From positions 2,524,146 to 2,588,145 of the forward strand of contig OZ244226.1 of assembly GCA_965217035.1 (NCBI GenBank): a DNA stretch of 64,000 nucleotides. The letters are read 5' to 3'. The notes below the pieces were generated by a model, which was given only the letters and a program-made list of their open reading frames with translations, searched no databases and was not told the origin of the DNA. Both the position numbers and the translations under genes were made by a program. Of this stretch, positions 9,455 to 19,245 are shown in pieces. This DNA is from Bacteriovoracaceae bacterium. GTDB taxonomy: Bacteria; Bdellovibrionota; Bacteriovoracia; Bacteriovoracales; Bacteriovoracaceae. The number at the start of each line of letters is the position of its first letter. Positions within the stretch are counted from its first letter, which is position 1.

Positions 9455-9559
9455 AGGTTTATGAGTAAATATAATAAATTTTACCCGTAACATTTATGTC
9501 ACAGATTTTTAATAAAAAATAATGCTATAAATCTTTAAAACAACCTTGGAGGATAATAA

Positions 9560-10081
9560 ATGAAAAAAACAATAATTGGATTAATCCTAGTTGTGGGATC
9601 CTTGCCGGCATTTTCTAGCTGTAAGATAGCATTCTCTTATATTAATACTAAAGGTGCTTACTACGTTGACTCTACAAACTTAGGTAATACGGCTAAGATC
9701 CTTGCTTCAAAAGGTTTCGACCTAATCGAAAATATAGAGACAGCCGACTTTACTATTGAATCGATACGCAGATCTGAAACTATTACTTATAATATTAATA
9801 ATAGTCATATACCAGGTGCTGCTGACTACTTACTAAAACACCGAAGCGGATTTACAAAAAAATATAGTTCAGTGCCTCGAGGGTATATGAATCACACATA
9901 TATTCATAAAGAAAATCAAAAGATAAGAAAAATGATGGCTGATTCTAAAGATATTAAAGAATATAAAGAACTTGAGAGAAAGCTCGATCCTACTAAAGAT
10001 AAAGTAGTTTCTTCAAGAACATTGCATGAAGCAATTGCATTAGCTTTAGATACTTGCCCTGACTTGTATTCCAAACACTAG
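9560..10081 (+). CDS. Secreted hypothetical protein
   Basis: GGAGG RBS; signal peptide MKKTIIGLILVVGSLPAFS. Confidence 0.8.
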   Translation: MKKTIIGLILVVGSLPAFSSCKIAFSYINTKGAYYVDSTNLGNTAKILASKGFDLIENIETADFTIESIRRSETITYNINNSHIPGAADYLLKHRSGFTKKYSSVPRGYMNHTYIHKENQKIRKMMADSKDIKEYKELERKLDPTKDKVVSSRTLHEAIALALDTCPDLYSKH

Positions 10082-10102
10082 AATTATAAATACATATCAC
10101 TC

Positions 10103-10138
10103 ATAGAGGCTAGCAATATTCGACTAGCCTCTATTTTT
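10103..10138 (+). terminator. Rho-independent terminator
   Basis: ATAGAGGCTAG/CTAGCCTCTAT stem followed by a T-run. Confidence 0.8.
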
Positions 10139-10185
10139 ATTTTTTAAATTCAAACCTTCACTTAGCCGATACGGATCTGGCATCA

Positions 10186-10461
10186 ATGAATAAAGAGATT
10201 TCTCTTGCTAAGAACATTAAAGACTTTAGCCGATTGAAACGACTTAGAAATCGAGATATGACCAAGCTTGCCGGTATTTCAGAACAGACTCTATTTAACT
10301 GGCCTACAGGTCTTAAACCTCGAAATATCGATGATGTGAGAAAGCTATCAGAGGTACTTGGTGTCTCTTTGTACTTCCTTCTATACGGCGAAAATGAGTC
10401 TTCACAAAACGATTTATTAAACTTTCTTTTTTTCTCATTTGTCACAAAATCCACTGAATAG
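10186..10461 (+). CDS. XRE/Cro-CI family helix-turn-helix regulator
   Basis: KLAGISEQTLFNW..G.KP..IDDVRKLSEVLGVSLYFLLYGE pattern. Confidence 0.8.
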   Translation: MNKEISLAKNIKDFSRLKRLRNRDMTKLAGISEQTLFNWPTGLKPRNIDDVRKLSEVLGVSLYFLLYGENESSQNDLLNFLFFSFVTKSTE

Positions 10462-10649
10462 TATCAGGACTGCGATCAAAAAAAACAGCTAATTCTTTGA
10501 TCTTCATTCCTTTGTCATACTTTAGCTGCTAAAGCTCAGTTTCATTGACTGGCGTTGGCTTCCATTGAATTGAAAAATCAAGAAACTCGGTGAGAAATAG
10601 TTCAGAACATCCAGTTAGAAAACAAGCTTTTTCGAGTAAAAAATCGAAA

Positions 10650-10765
10650 TCATTTAATTTTTACAGGGTTATCTAGAAAATATTGCTCAGGATAATGCGC
10701 ATGGTAATATCTCCTGTATTTAGAAGACTATGGGAATTATGAGCGCTTAGCTCACGGAAAATATT
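10650..10765 (+). repeat. ~116-bp intergenic repeat, full copy
   Basis: Ungapped similarity to 14437-14552 (AATTTTTACAGGGTTA, GATAATGCG.ATGGTAATAT) and to 9397-9454. Confidence 0.85.
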
Positions 10766-10797
10766 TAGTTTTCAAGGTTAAGATTCGAGGAAGATTT

Positions 10798-12015
10798 ATG
10801 AAAAAGGTACAATTTTTTTTTATTAGTTTATTTTTTTACTCTTTAACTCCTGCCTTTGGGGAAGGAGTCATACTCTATAATTACTACGATGCCACGGGAA
10901 GACTTCAAATTTTAGACGGATACGATAAGAATTCGATAATAAAGTATGATGTCTTTACTAGTGGGCATAGTGATAATGGAATTAAAAGTCGAATTTTACG
11001 TTCAAAAATGAAGCTGCTTACCACTGCAAAAAAGGTACATCGTTTAAGTCTTGAAGTCAGAAGACCTACTCCTTATTGGATGACTGCTGGAGGTCCTTAT
11101 TATTTTGAAACATACAAAATATCGATAGATAAAACATATGATAATAAATATCGCTTCTTAAGAAAAATGAAAGCATATACTTTAAATGTTAAAGATAATC
11201 ATATGCTCCTGACACTTGAAGATAGTAGTAAAACAGTTCGTTTCAAAGTTCTAATTGAAATATTACCAAATGGAAGTCTCGAAATAGTAAAAGCTAAAGT
11301 GAAGCATCTTGACTATAAGTGGCGCTGGAAAATATTTTTTTATAAAATTTCTGAAACAGAAGATATTATTAGAGGACAGCTTAGGTCTCAACCAAGATAT
11401 GTGTTTGGACATCATTTTCCAATAGGTACCGACTACTTCTTGTTCCGAGATGGAAAACTTGCAAGGCTTTCAAAAATTAATAAAAGTCAGGAAACAATCG
11501 AAATCACAGATATGAATGGAGAGATTCAAGAACTAACCTTAAGCGAAATGAGAAATTATATCAGCTCAGTAAAAGAAATCCCATTTAGAGGAAGCGCAAT
11601 TAAGCTTCCATCAGGTCAGAGTAAGTATATTGCCAATATTTCGGATCTTCTCGGAGGAGATCCTTGGAATTGTGGGATCGTGTCTAATTTTTATTATGAA
11701 CGAGGGGATAAAATTTCTTTTATTAAAAACTCGAAAGGGCAATACCAAGCAGAGATTTTCAATCGTGATAAAAATAAATCAGTAATATATAAAGATATAG
11801 TTAAAAATAATGGAGCTTACGTACAGCTCGATAAGTATCCCAGTTGGAGTGAACCAATTGGAGGGATTTATTTTTATGCAGCAGGAACAGTAGAAGGATT
11901 TGATAAATATGACATCATTGTTTGGAGTCAAATGCATTCAAGTGATGACACTTTTACACCGGCGACGGTAGTTCAAAGTGGTAGAACCGTATGTATGAGA
12001 GAAGGTATCCAATAA
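10798..12015 (+). CDS. Secreted hypothetical protein, distant paralog of 12191-13558
   Basis: GAGG RBS, signal peptide, collinear motifs shared with the next gene. Confidence 0.8.
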   Translation: MKKVQFFFISLFFYSLTPAFGEGVILYNYYDATGRLQILDGYDKNSIIKYDVFTSGHSDNGIKSRILRSKMKLLTTAKKVHRLSLEVRRPTPYWMTAGGPYYFETYKISIDKTYDNKYRFLRKMKAYTLNVKDNHMLLTLEDSSKTVRFKVLIEILPNGSLEIVKAKVKHLDYKWRWKIFFYKISETEDIIRGQLRSQPRYVFGHHFPIGTDYFLFRDGKLARLSKINKSQETIEITDMNGEIQELTLSEMRNYISSVKEIPFRGSAIKLPSGQSKYIANISDLLGGDPWNCGIVSNFYYERGDKISFIKNSKGQYQAEIFNRDKNKSVIYKDIVKNNGAYVQLDKYPSWSEPIGGIYFYAAGTVEGFDKYDIIVWSQMHSSDDTFTPATVVQSGRTVCMREGIQ

Positions 12016-12022
12016 AATAAAG

Positions 12023-12048
12023 AGTCTGGGTTCAACAAAGCTCAGACT
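12023..12048. repeat. 26-bp hairpin repeat, copy 1 (copy 2 at 13578-13603)
   Basis: AGTCTGGGTTCAACAAAGCTCAGACT vs AGTCTGAATTCAATAAAGCTCAGACT, 23/26 identical, AGTCTG/CAGACT stem. Confidence 0.8.
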
Positions 12049-12190
12049 AAAAAAGTAGGAATATTAAGTTTGAGAAAGTTAGTTTTAAAAAGTAAGCTTT
12101 CTCGATCATGAATGAAAAGACAAAGAATAAAAAAGCAAAAGCCAAAATTAAAGTATTAGGTTTATGAACAGAGACTGATAGGAGATTGAA

Positions 12191-13558
12191 ATGAAAAGAT
12201 TGCTAATGAGCTTACTATTATTAGCGAGTGTCTTTAGTTTTGCTAATGATAGTAATGGCCAACAAAGAAAAAGACATGGATTTTTAAAGTTCAATAACCA
12301 GAGGCTTTTAACTAAACTAGACTCTGTCTATGAATTTCCTACAAGTACTAATTTTTTTCATGAAAATATGAAAGTAAGACAAATGTTTCAAATTAGTAAA
12401 ATTCATTATCTTAAACGAGGATTACCTTTCGGGAAGCGTTGTAAAAAGAAATTTTATTGTAGAGTTGAGTTTGAGATACTCGAAGACTTTGATGGTAGAT
12501 ATTTACTCTTTGTTAAAAAGTCAAAAGACGAAAAAGCTTACTACTTAGGAGCCATTAAAAGTGAAGATGGAGAAACTTATAATCTACAGCTTGAATTAAA
12601 GTTATATGGTAGAAGTGCGAGAGGGGGGGGGAGAACTAATCTTGGATTTGGTTTCTCACTTCCAGGAATAGGAGGAACTACTGCAAAGTATGTTGCTGTA
12701 GCTCTCAATCTTGCTTTTAAGCCTAGTAACGAAGGGTCTATAGAAATTGTAAAGAATGACTATGAATTTATTTCAGGATATACTGGTTGGCTTAAGTATT
12801 TTTCAAGAATAAAGGAAAAAGACTCTTTAGATCCAAAAAGTTTCAAAATAAAAACTCGAGACTATCTCTATAACCCTTCTAAAGATAAATTCCCTGATGT
12901 AAAGTCAAGATTTTCAAACTTTGAAGTTTCAGAAGACTTCTTCAAGCTTAATGGTGATATAGTTCGTGTTGCTGATTACGATGTCGATACACAGTCTATG
13001 ACTTTAGAGGATCCTTTTGGCAATATTATTTTTGATAATATACATAGAAGTGAGCTGAACTCACTCCGGTACTTAGATAGTGGAGTGTTTGAAGTTCACA
13101 CTATTGGAAAAGCAACAAAACCATTGACTGCTGATACACTAGAAGGAGAATGGAAATGTGTCGCAACTGGAGGTAGACACCTCGGAGAAACAGGTTTTCG
13201 ACTTAGGAATAATTCAACAAGCCTTATTAAAAAGCACTCAAAGGTATTAAGGCACGATAGATTGGCCAGAACACATATCTTAAAAACAGGTAATGGTCCT
13301 AGAAATAGATTTTCAGTTCCTTCAAATCAAGCTGCTATCGGTTCTGACGGAAAAGGGAATTTCTATAGATTATCTTCAGGTTTTGCCCACTTCGTGGACT
13401 ATGCTTCTGAGTATTTACCTATTTCTTATTTTCCGGCTGGTGAACAAGGGAATCTTAAGAATTTAGATATGCTTAAAATTCCTTCAGTTAAAATTAAAGA
13501 AGGCAGTGGAGAAGTCGAAAAAGGACAAACTTTTTACTGCTTTGGTGAGCCAAGGTAG
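12191..13558 (+). CDS. Secreted hypothetical protein, distant paralog of 10798-12015
   Basis: AGGAGA RBS; signal peptide ending VFSFA. Confidence 0.8.
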   Translation: MKRLLMSLLLLASVFSFANDSNGQQRKRHGFLKFNNQRLLTKLDSVYEFPTSTNFFHENMKVRQMFQISKIHYLKRGLPFGKRCKKKFYCRVEFEILEDFDGRYLLFVKKSKDEKAYYLGAIKSEDGETYNLQLELKLYGRSARGGGRTNLGFGFSLPGIGGTTAKYVAVALNLAFKPSNEGSIEIVKNDYEFISGYTGWLKYFSRIKEKDSLDPKSFKIKTRDYLYNPSKDKFPDVKSRFSNFEVSEDFFKLNGDIVRVADYDVDTQSMTLEDPFGNIIFDNIHRSELNSLRYLDSGVFEVHTIGKATKPLTADTLEGEWKCVATGGRHLGETGFRLRNNSTSLIKKHSKVLRHDRLARTHILKTGNGPRNRFSVPSNQAAIGSDGKGNFYRLSSGFAHFVDYASEYLPISYFPAGEQGNLKNLDMLKIPSVKIKEGSGEVEKGQTFYCFGEPR

Positions 13559-13577
13559 CTATTTAAAACAGATGAAA

Positions 13578-13603
13578 AGTCTGAATTCAATAAAGCTCAG
13601 ACT
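13578..13603. repeat. 26-bp hairpin repeat, copy 2
   Basis: See 12023-12048. Confidence 0.8.
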
Positions 13604-13622
13604 TAAAAGGTCAAAATTAAAT

Positions 13623-13652
13623 TTGCTCGACAAAGTGAGTCTTGTCGAGCAA
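13623..13652. other. Perfect 11-bp stem hairpin
   Basis: TTGCTCGACAA-8 nt-TTGTCGAGCAA, no T-tail. Confidence 0.7.
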
Positions 13653-13761
13653 GTACATAAAAATAAAGAGTAAAAACAGGGTTCACTCCAAAAGTAAAGA
13701 AACTTTTAACAAAGGCTCTCAAAGAACTATTAAAATTACGAGCAAAAGCTTCGGAGAAATT

Positions 13762-14178
13762 ATGAGAAGATTATTAGTTGGGTTATTAACTTTAGCGAGT
13801 ACTTTATCCCATGCCGATACTTTAAGATGTGAATACTCTCAAAATGATGCTTATGAAACAAGTGGGGGGCTAACAAAAATTCACAACCTCTACTGTTACG
13901 ATAATGATTTCGACAGATATTTTTTAGATGTCGAAGGAAAGGGGATAAATTTTGAAGCTATGGGAAGCGGTAATCTTCAAATAAATTGCCCCTCTATCAA
14001 GTCTTTCAAAGATACTGATACATTGATAGGTGGAGAGATCAGTTTTGGGTTATTGTTCGGAGGAAAGATTGGATACACTCGAAATAAAGATAAAAAAAGC
14101 TGTATTGTTTATGGAGGAAGCGTTTTTCATTATCTTGGTACCGCTGGAAAAGTAACTTATAAAATCAGGAAACACTAG
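13762..14178 (+). CDS. Small secreted Cys-containing hypothetical protein
   Basis: GGAGA RBS before the ATG at 13762; signal MRRLLVGLLTLASTLSHA; four Cys. Confidence 0.75.
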   Translation: MRRLLVGLLTLASTLSHADTLRCEYSQNDAYETSGGLTKIHNLYCYDNDFDRYFLDVEGKGINFEAMGSGNLQINCPSIKSFKDTDTLIGGEISFGLLFGGKIGYTRNKDKKSCIVYGGSVFHYLGTAGKVTYKIRKH

Positions 14179-14436
14179 GTACATGGGCAACACAAATATC
14201 GAACAAAAAACGAATTATAATCAAACCGAGAAATGACTCTCGGCCTTTTTCTTTTATTAAAGGCGGATCTTCTTTTATATTTGAATCTAGCTTTTCCTTC
14301 GATTTATGCTCTTTTTTTGATCTCAAAAAGACAGTCAATAAACGCATAAAGCTCTATACATTCACCTTCAGTAAAATAACCTACTCCTATTTTATTTAAA
14401 TTTTTTAGTCATAGACTTTGAATTAAAGCTTGAAGT

Positions 14437-14552
14437 TCATTCAATTTTTACAGGGTTACCTCGAAAGTGTTGCTCGAGATAATGCGTATGGTAATATTCT
14501 TTGAATTTAGAAAATTGCAGAAATTATGAGTTAAGAGCTCGCAGGAATAGTC
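14437..14552 (+). repeat. ~116-bp intergenic repeat, diverged copy
   Basis: Aligns ungapped to 10650-10765. Confidence 0.8.
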
Positions 14553-14715
14553 TTTTTCGACCTTCATTCGACAAAGACTATTTTTTTGTCTGGAAAGCTT
14601 CATAAGGTAAGTTTACTTGTAGATAAGCGCGGAGTCTTTTGTGGGCAATGGTCTTATTTTGACATTTATTATGCACCTTGCGATGAGTTAAGTTTATGTA
14701 AAAAGGTTCTTATTT

Positions 14716-14732
14716 TTGGCATTTAATTTGCT
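14716..14732 (+). promoter_or_regulatory. Putative sigma54 promoter
   Basis: TTGGCATTTAATTTGCT, exact GG-N10-GC spacing. Confidence 0.65.
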
Positions 14733-14783
14733 CAGTGGTGATTGAGGTTTTAATAGATAAACACATAATAAAAAGGATTAAGA

Positions 14784-15185
14784 ATGAACGCACGAAAATT
14801 AACTCTATTGCTTATTTTAAATTTTATAGTTTTGGGAAGCTCATTTGCTAATGAAGTGAAGTACACAATAATTAAAGACGAAACCAACACATGTAATCAT
14901 ATTGAATCTGTGACTTTGTCTGATAGTAAAGATGAGTCAAAAATTCATGTTAAAACAAATATTCCAGTTGATGAGTGTCGGTTCTTTGGTTTAGATGAAG
15001 ACTTATCTATTTACAAAGTAAGTTCAAAGGTTATTTCAGTTCAAGATGAATTCAAATATTGGGAATTTGATAAACTATCTGTTCAAAGAAGAGTTCATAT
15101 CCAATTTGATGATAAGCTTCTTTATGAAGTCGTATTTGAAGGCGCTGTTCAGGCATCATGTTATTTTGAAAAAGCTCAAAAATAA
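14784..15185 (+). CDS. Secreted hypothetical protein
   Basis: AAGGA RBS; signal ending SSFA. Confidence 0.75.
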   Translation: MNARKLTLLLILNFIVLGSSFANEVKYTIIKDETNTCNHIESVTLSDSKDESKIHVKTNIPVDECRFFGLDEDLSIYKVSSKVISVQDEFKYWEFDKLSVQRRVHIQFDDKLLYEVVFEGAVQASCYFEKAQK

Positions 15186-15603
15186 GTACTTTTAATGAAT
15201 CTTTTAATGAATCTTTCGTCTAGATCTTTGCTCCAAAAGCGACTTTTGATCAACTTATATTAATGATGTCAGGGGAGCATCTTGAGAAAGCTGATTTTAC
15301 AAGGCACTTATGCGGCTTTTAGGGGCAAAGTTATTATAATGAGTTTCAGTTTGTAAAATTAATATTCTTAAAATCAAATTTAAATATTACCTATGAATGA
15401 AGTATCCATTAATTCCGAGGCATCCTAGCTTTATTCCAACAACTGTAGAAGATGTCTAATAGAGCGTAGAGTGACTAAAGTTTGGTCATTATTAACTCCT
15501 GTTCTTCAAATTTACTTTTCTAAGTGTCTTGAAATACGTGAGCTCCTCTTTGGAATGAGAAATGCAGTATCTATTTAAAAATATTTATAAGGGAGATCCC
15601 GCT

Positions 15604-16098
15604 ATGAAACTTTTATTTAATTTGATTTTTATTTTCACGATGTCATTTTCAAATATCGCTCAAGCTCAAGATTTAAGCCGAAGTCTTTCTGAAACTATTC
15701 AACTTTTGCAAGAAAAAGGGATTTTACTAGAGCATCAATATGATAAGGATAGACAGGTTCTTCAAGTTAGTATTGAAGAAAGTAAAATACCGGAAAATTA
15801 TATAAAGAAATTTGAAAAGCTGGATGCAACGGTTAATAGAAAAGGCGGATTTATTGAAATTATTAGTAAAGTTGATCCTGAGAACTTTGCAAAGTTTCAA
15901 AGCTTACCACTATCTGAAATCAATGAAAGAGGAGTATGTCCGGTCGTTACTGCTAGTTCTGTAAAGAAAAATAGCAGAGGTCTTGCCGATTCGATGACTG
16001 TCTTTATGGTGCTTGCTTGTTATGTTCTTGTTCTAACAACATGTTTACTTCCACCTCCAAATATTTGTTCAGATGGTGATGATAAAAGTAAAGAATAG
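15604..16098 (+). CDS. Secreted/membrane hypothetical protein with a C-terminal hydrophobic helix
   Basis: AGGGAG RBS before the ATG at 15604; signal ending AQA; GG-N10-GC element at 15550-15566. Confidence 0.7.
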   Translation: MKLLFNLIFIFTMSFSNIAQAQDLSRSLSETIQLLQEKGILLEHQYDKDRQVLQVSIEESKIPENYIKKFEKLDATVNRKGGFIEIISKVDPENFAKFQSLPLSEINERGVCPVVTASSVKKNSRGLADSMTVFMVLACYVLVLTTCLLPPPNICSDGDDKSKE

Positions 16099-16257
16099 TC
16101 AAAAACTCAATTTTAACTTTGTCTTCGTTCTCGAGATTTTTTCTTTTTAAGAAATAAGTTATTTAGAGAGATAGTTTTTATGTTTTCATCCCTGGCAATC
16201 CCATCGGGGCTGCTCTCTCCCCACTAAGTGCCAATCTCCTTATGGTAGATATCGGCT

Positions 16258-16280
16258 TTATTGCAATCAGCTTGTAATAA
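16258..16280. promoter_or_regulatory. Putative Fur/Zur-family operator
   Basis: TTATTGCAA-TCAGC-TTGTAATAA near-palindrome, same geometry as 22274-22288. Confidence 0.65.
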
Positions 16281-16325
16281 GGAAGAATTCGAAGTAAAAC
16301 ATTAGAATTTAATAAAGGAAAACCG

Positions 16326-17045
16326 ATGGAAAACATGACGATGTCATCCTGGATTGCTCTCAGTATAGGTTTTCTCCATGCCTTGGAGCCTGGTCACGGA
16401 AAGACGGCCTTATTCACTTATCTTGCTTCTGGAAAAAAGACCTGGATTGAGGGACTCGTCATCTCTTTGTCATCCGCAGTGACCCATTCCGCGGCTGTTC
16501 TTCTTATAGCTTTTGTCTCTCATTACCTTTTGCATCAGAATACTTCAGAAGAGAGTATTCATGAAATTGCCTGGGTTTTAAGCCTCCTAAGTGGTGGGAT
16601 TATTTGTGGTTTAGGAGTCTGGGTTATCCTGAAAACACAAAAAGGTGAAGATCTTCATGCTCATTGTTGTGGCCATGAAGAGCATAGTCATGATCACCAC
16701 CACCATCATGATCATGATCACGATCACAAACATGATGCAAAAAAAGTCAGTTTGTTGACCTCAGGTTTAATTGGGATGGCAACAGGAATGATTCCCTGTC
16801 CCACAGTGGTTGTTGCCTACCTGAGTGGAGTCTCAACTGGAAATTCCTATCTTGGTGTTCAAAGTGTTGTTTTTTTCGCTTTGGGAATGTTTTTAGCTTT
16901 GATATCCGTTATTATGCTCTTTAATTTTGGAGGGCAAAAAGTTTTAGAAAAGTTCAAAACGGTGAAGCTTACTTCTTTTAACTGGGGTTATGTTCAAGGG
17001 GGACTTTTTATTGTGATTGGTGTATTTACGGCCTTTATCCATTAA
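16326..17045 (+). CDS. RcnA/NiCoT-like His-rich transition-metal transporter
   Basis: HALEPGHGKT, THS, His/Asp-rich loop, GMIPCP. Confidence 0.85.
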   Translation: MENMTMSSWIALSIGFLHALEPGHGKTALFTYLASGKKTWIEGLVISLSSAVTHSAAVLLIAFVSHYLLHQNTSEESIHEIAWVLSLLSGGIICGLGVWVILKTQKGEDLHAHCCGHEEHSHDHHHHHDHDHDHKHDAKKVSLLTSGLIGMATGMIPCPTVVVAYLSGVSTGNSYLGVQSVVFFALGMFLALISVIMLFNFGGQKVLEKFKTVKLTSFNWGYVQGGLFIVIGVFTAFIH

Positions 17046-17053
17046 GAGTTATT

Positions 17054-17485
17054 ATGAATAATAAAGATGTTATTAAGGCACTTAAAGAAAACTCACTTCG
17101 TCTAACGAGGTCTAGATTGGCCGTGGTTGATGTTCTTATTGAGAATTCTGAAAACTATCTTACCGTGGAAGAGATTTATCAAAGAGTTCTTAAAAAACAT
17201 GTTCACTGCGACCAAACATCTATTTATCGAGCTCTTACCAAATTTGATGAAATTGGGATTGTAAAGAAGGGCGAGTTTCATAAAGATGCTGCTAGATATT
17301 CTATTAATTACAAAGATCAAAAGAAAAAACATGAGCACTATTTTAAGTGTATAAATTGTTTAACGATTGAAGCTTTTAGTGATTGTTTTATCTCGAAAAA
17401 AGAAAAAGAACTTGAAGCCAATGGTTATCGAGAACTTACTCATCATTTAGAAATCTCTGGACTTTGTCCAAACTGTGCTAAGTAA
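17054..17485 (+). CDS. Fur-family metalloregulator (Zur-like)
   Basis: LRLTRSR, SIYRAL, HEHYFKCINC, HHLEISGLCPNC. Confidence 0.9.
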   Translation: MNNKDVIKALKENSLRLTRSRLAVVDVLIENSENYLTVEEIYQRVLKKHVHCDQTSIYRALTKFDEIGIVKKGEFHKDAARYSINYKDQKKKHEHYFKCINCLTIEAFSDCFISKKEKELEANGYRELTHHLEISGLCPNCAK

Positions 17486-17497
17486 AGGAGTCTACAC

Positions 17498-18391
17498 TTG
17501 GAAGGCATCGTTGTTATTGTCGGTTTTTTAGGAGTTGGGAAAACAACTTTACTCAAAAAAATAGTGAAAGAAGTTCTTAAAAATGAGATCGATCCTTTTA
17601 TTATTCTTAATGATTATGAAAATGCGCATCTTGATTCACAAGATTTTTTGAAGTTTTTAAATCCGAAGCAAATCAATGCTCTTAGTGGAAGTTGTATCTG
17701 TTGCAGTGGTCTTAATGAGCTTCGACTTCAGGTTAATAATATTCCAAAAAGAGATAATGGAATCACTTTGATTGAAGCCAATGGAACGACTGATGCCGCG
17801 AGTTTAATGGGGTTTCTTGGAGTGGGAATGAGTGATCATTTCCTTCCTCCCGTTCAAATTGCGGTTGTCGATGTTCGGTATTGGCAAAAGAGAGAGACTC
17901 ATAATGAACTCGAAGCAAACCAAGTTCAGATGGCTTCAATGATTTTATTAAATTATGTGGGAGATGTTGCTCCTGAAAGAGTTGTTCAAGTAGAGCAGGA
18001 CCTTAGAAAGATTAACTCATTAGCTCAAATCGTTCACTGGGATAAGTTTGATACGGAAAGCATTACCAAGCTTGATCCAAATACAAATGAAAAAAAAGAA
18101 ATGGATCATCACAAATTTCACTGGGCTTCTTGTTCGGTAGAATTACCTGATCCAATTGAAATGGAGAGACTTAAAAAGATCGTTAAGCAAATCCCGGCCC
18201 ATATCCTAAGGATAAAAGGTTGCACTAAGCTTGATGATGATGAAGGCTATTCCTATTTTGAGCGGATACCTTCTGGTGATACTTTTGTTAGACCTTATAA
18301 TGGTTTCCCTGCCATGGGGGCAAAGCTCTTAAGTATTGGTCCAGGAAGTGACCCCGAAGTTTTAAATGAGATTATCAGATCAACGGAATAA
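17498..18391 (+). CDS. COG0523/CobW-family G3E GTPase metallochaperone
   Basis: GFLGVGKTT, ILNDY, GSCICC, IEANG, C-terminal ILRIKG; AGGAG RBS with TTG start. Confidence 0.9.
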   Translation: MEGIVVIVGFLGVGKTTLLKKIVKEVLKNEIDPFIILNDYENAHLDSQDFLKFLNPKQINALSGSCICCSGLNELRLQVNNIPKRDNGITLIEANGTTDAASLMGFLGVGMSDHFLPPVQIAVVDVRYWQKRETHNELEANQVQMASMILLNYVGDVAPERVVQVEQDLRKINSLAQIVHWDKFDTESITKLDPNTNEKKEMDHHKFHWASCSVELPDPIEMERLKKIVKQIPAHILRIKGCTKLDDDEGYSYFERIPSGDTFVRPYNGFPAMGAKLLSIGPGSDPEVLNEIIRSTE

Positions 18392-18486
18392 GTCTAAATG
18401 AATGGAATTAAAAGAAAGCGTGAGTATGATAATATGAGCTATCAGAGGAAGTTCTCTTACCTATTGTATTTTTTATAAGATAATTT

Positions 18487-18759
18487 CTATTTTGATACCA
18501 GCTTTATCAGTTGACCGACTTTTAAATGGCCTTCAATTGGATGCCGAAGTTTCTTAGTAGAGTTGATTTTGTATTGATTATTCCGGCCGTTCTTTTGAAT
18601 TGAGATATAACCATTTTCCTGAAGGTCAACTAGGATTTTGTGGGCAAAACGTTCGGTTATGCCCACCTTCGATGATAGCTCACGAATCGTTATATTCTCT
18701 TGAGTTGAGAGTATAAACAAAACGTGAGCATAATTAGAAAAAAAGGTCCATTCACTCAT
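18487..18759 (-). CDS. Small winged-helix (MarR-like) transcription regulator
   Basis: WTFFSNYAHVL, IRELSSKVGITER, LQENGYI...KNGRNNQY, LRHPIE. Confidence 0.85.
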   Translation of the reverse strand: MSEWTFFSNYAHVLFILSTQENITIRELSSKVGITERFAHKILVDLQENGYISIQKNGRNNQYKINSTKKLRHPIEGHLKVGQLIKLVSK

Positions 18760-19223
18760 TAAGCACTAAATGGAACTGAAGAATGGTGGACATTGATTCT
18801 TAAGTTACCGTCAGTATCTTTTAGATAACCAAAAGTGTACTCAACCTTAGTTTCTTGGCCTTCAGTATCTGTGAAGTAGTAATTACCCATAGCAAGAGCA
18901 GTATCACCTTGAAGGATAATATCTGTATTTTCAAATCTTACTTTCGTCCATGGTTGGATAGCGAAACCTTTGTCTTCTGGGCAAGTTCCATTAGTTGCAA
19001 CGAAGTAAGAAAGGGCAGCATCTTTATTTCCTCGAAACTGATCTTGAGCGGCTTTCGTTGGTTTAAAGAGAACCGTTGATTGGTCATAAGCATAAAGTGT
19101 ATCGATATGCTCTTTAGCAACTGCTGTAAAATCTTGTTTTTCAATAAATGCGGCACCGATTTTAACGATTCCTGCTCCCCATTGATCTTGAGCAGCTGTT
19201 ACTTGGTCTTTTGTAATACTCAT
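18759..19223 (-). CDS. Iota-class carbonic anhydrase (COG4337-like, NTF2/SnoaL fold)
   Basis: AQDQWG, VLFKPTKA, ALSYFV, EDKGFA, W..VRFEN, AMGNYYF, KVEYTFGY and C-terminal HHSS motif. Confidence 0.8.
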   Translation of the reverse strand: MSITKDQVTAAQDQWGAGIVKIGAAFIEKQDFTAVAKEHIDTLYAYDQSTVLFKPTKAAQDQFRGNKDAALSYFVATNGTCPEDKGFAIQPWTKVRFENTDIILQGDTALAMGNYYFTDTEGQETKVEYTFGYLKDTDGNLRINVHHSSVPFSA

Positions 19224-19245
19224 AATGACTCCTGTGTGATTTTAG

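Noticed and set aside
7814..16200. Prophage/ICE or integron at tRNA-Leu
   Set aside because: No integrase, no duplicated tRNA 3' end, no phage genes, and the repeats lack attC RYYYAAC/GTTRRRY ends.
16190..16256. GC-rich stretch before the metal operon as a NiCo or cobalamin riboswitch
   Set aside because: Only short possible pairings (TGGCA/TGCCA, GGGG/CCCC) and no recognisable consensus; an Rfam/Infernal scan would be needed.
16680..16735. CATGAT/CAC-like short tandem repeats
   Set aside because: Explained by the His/Asp-rich coding loop of the transporter.
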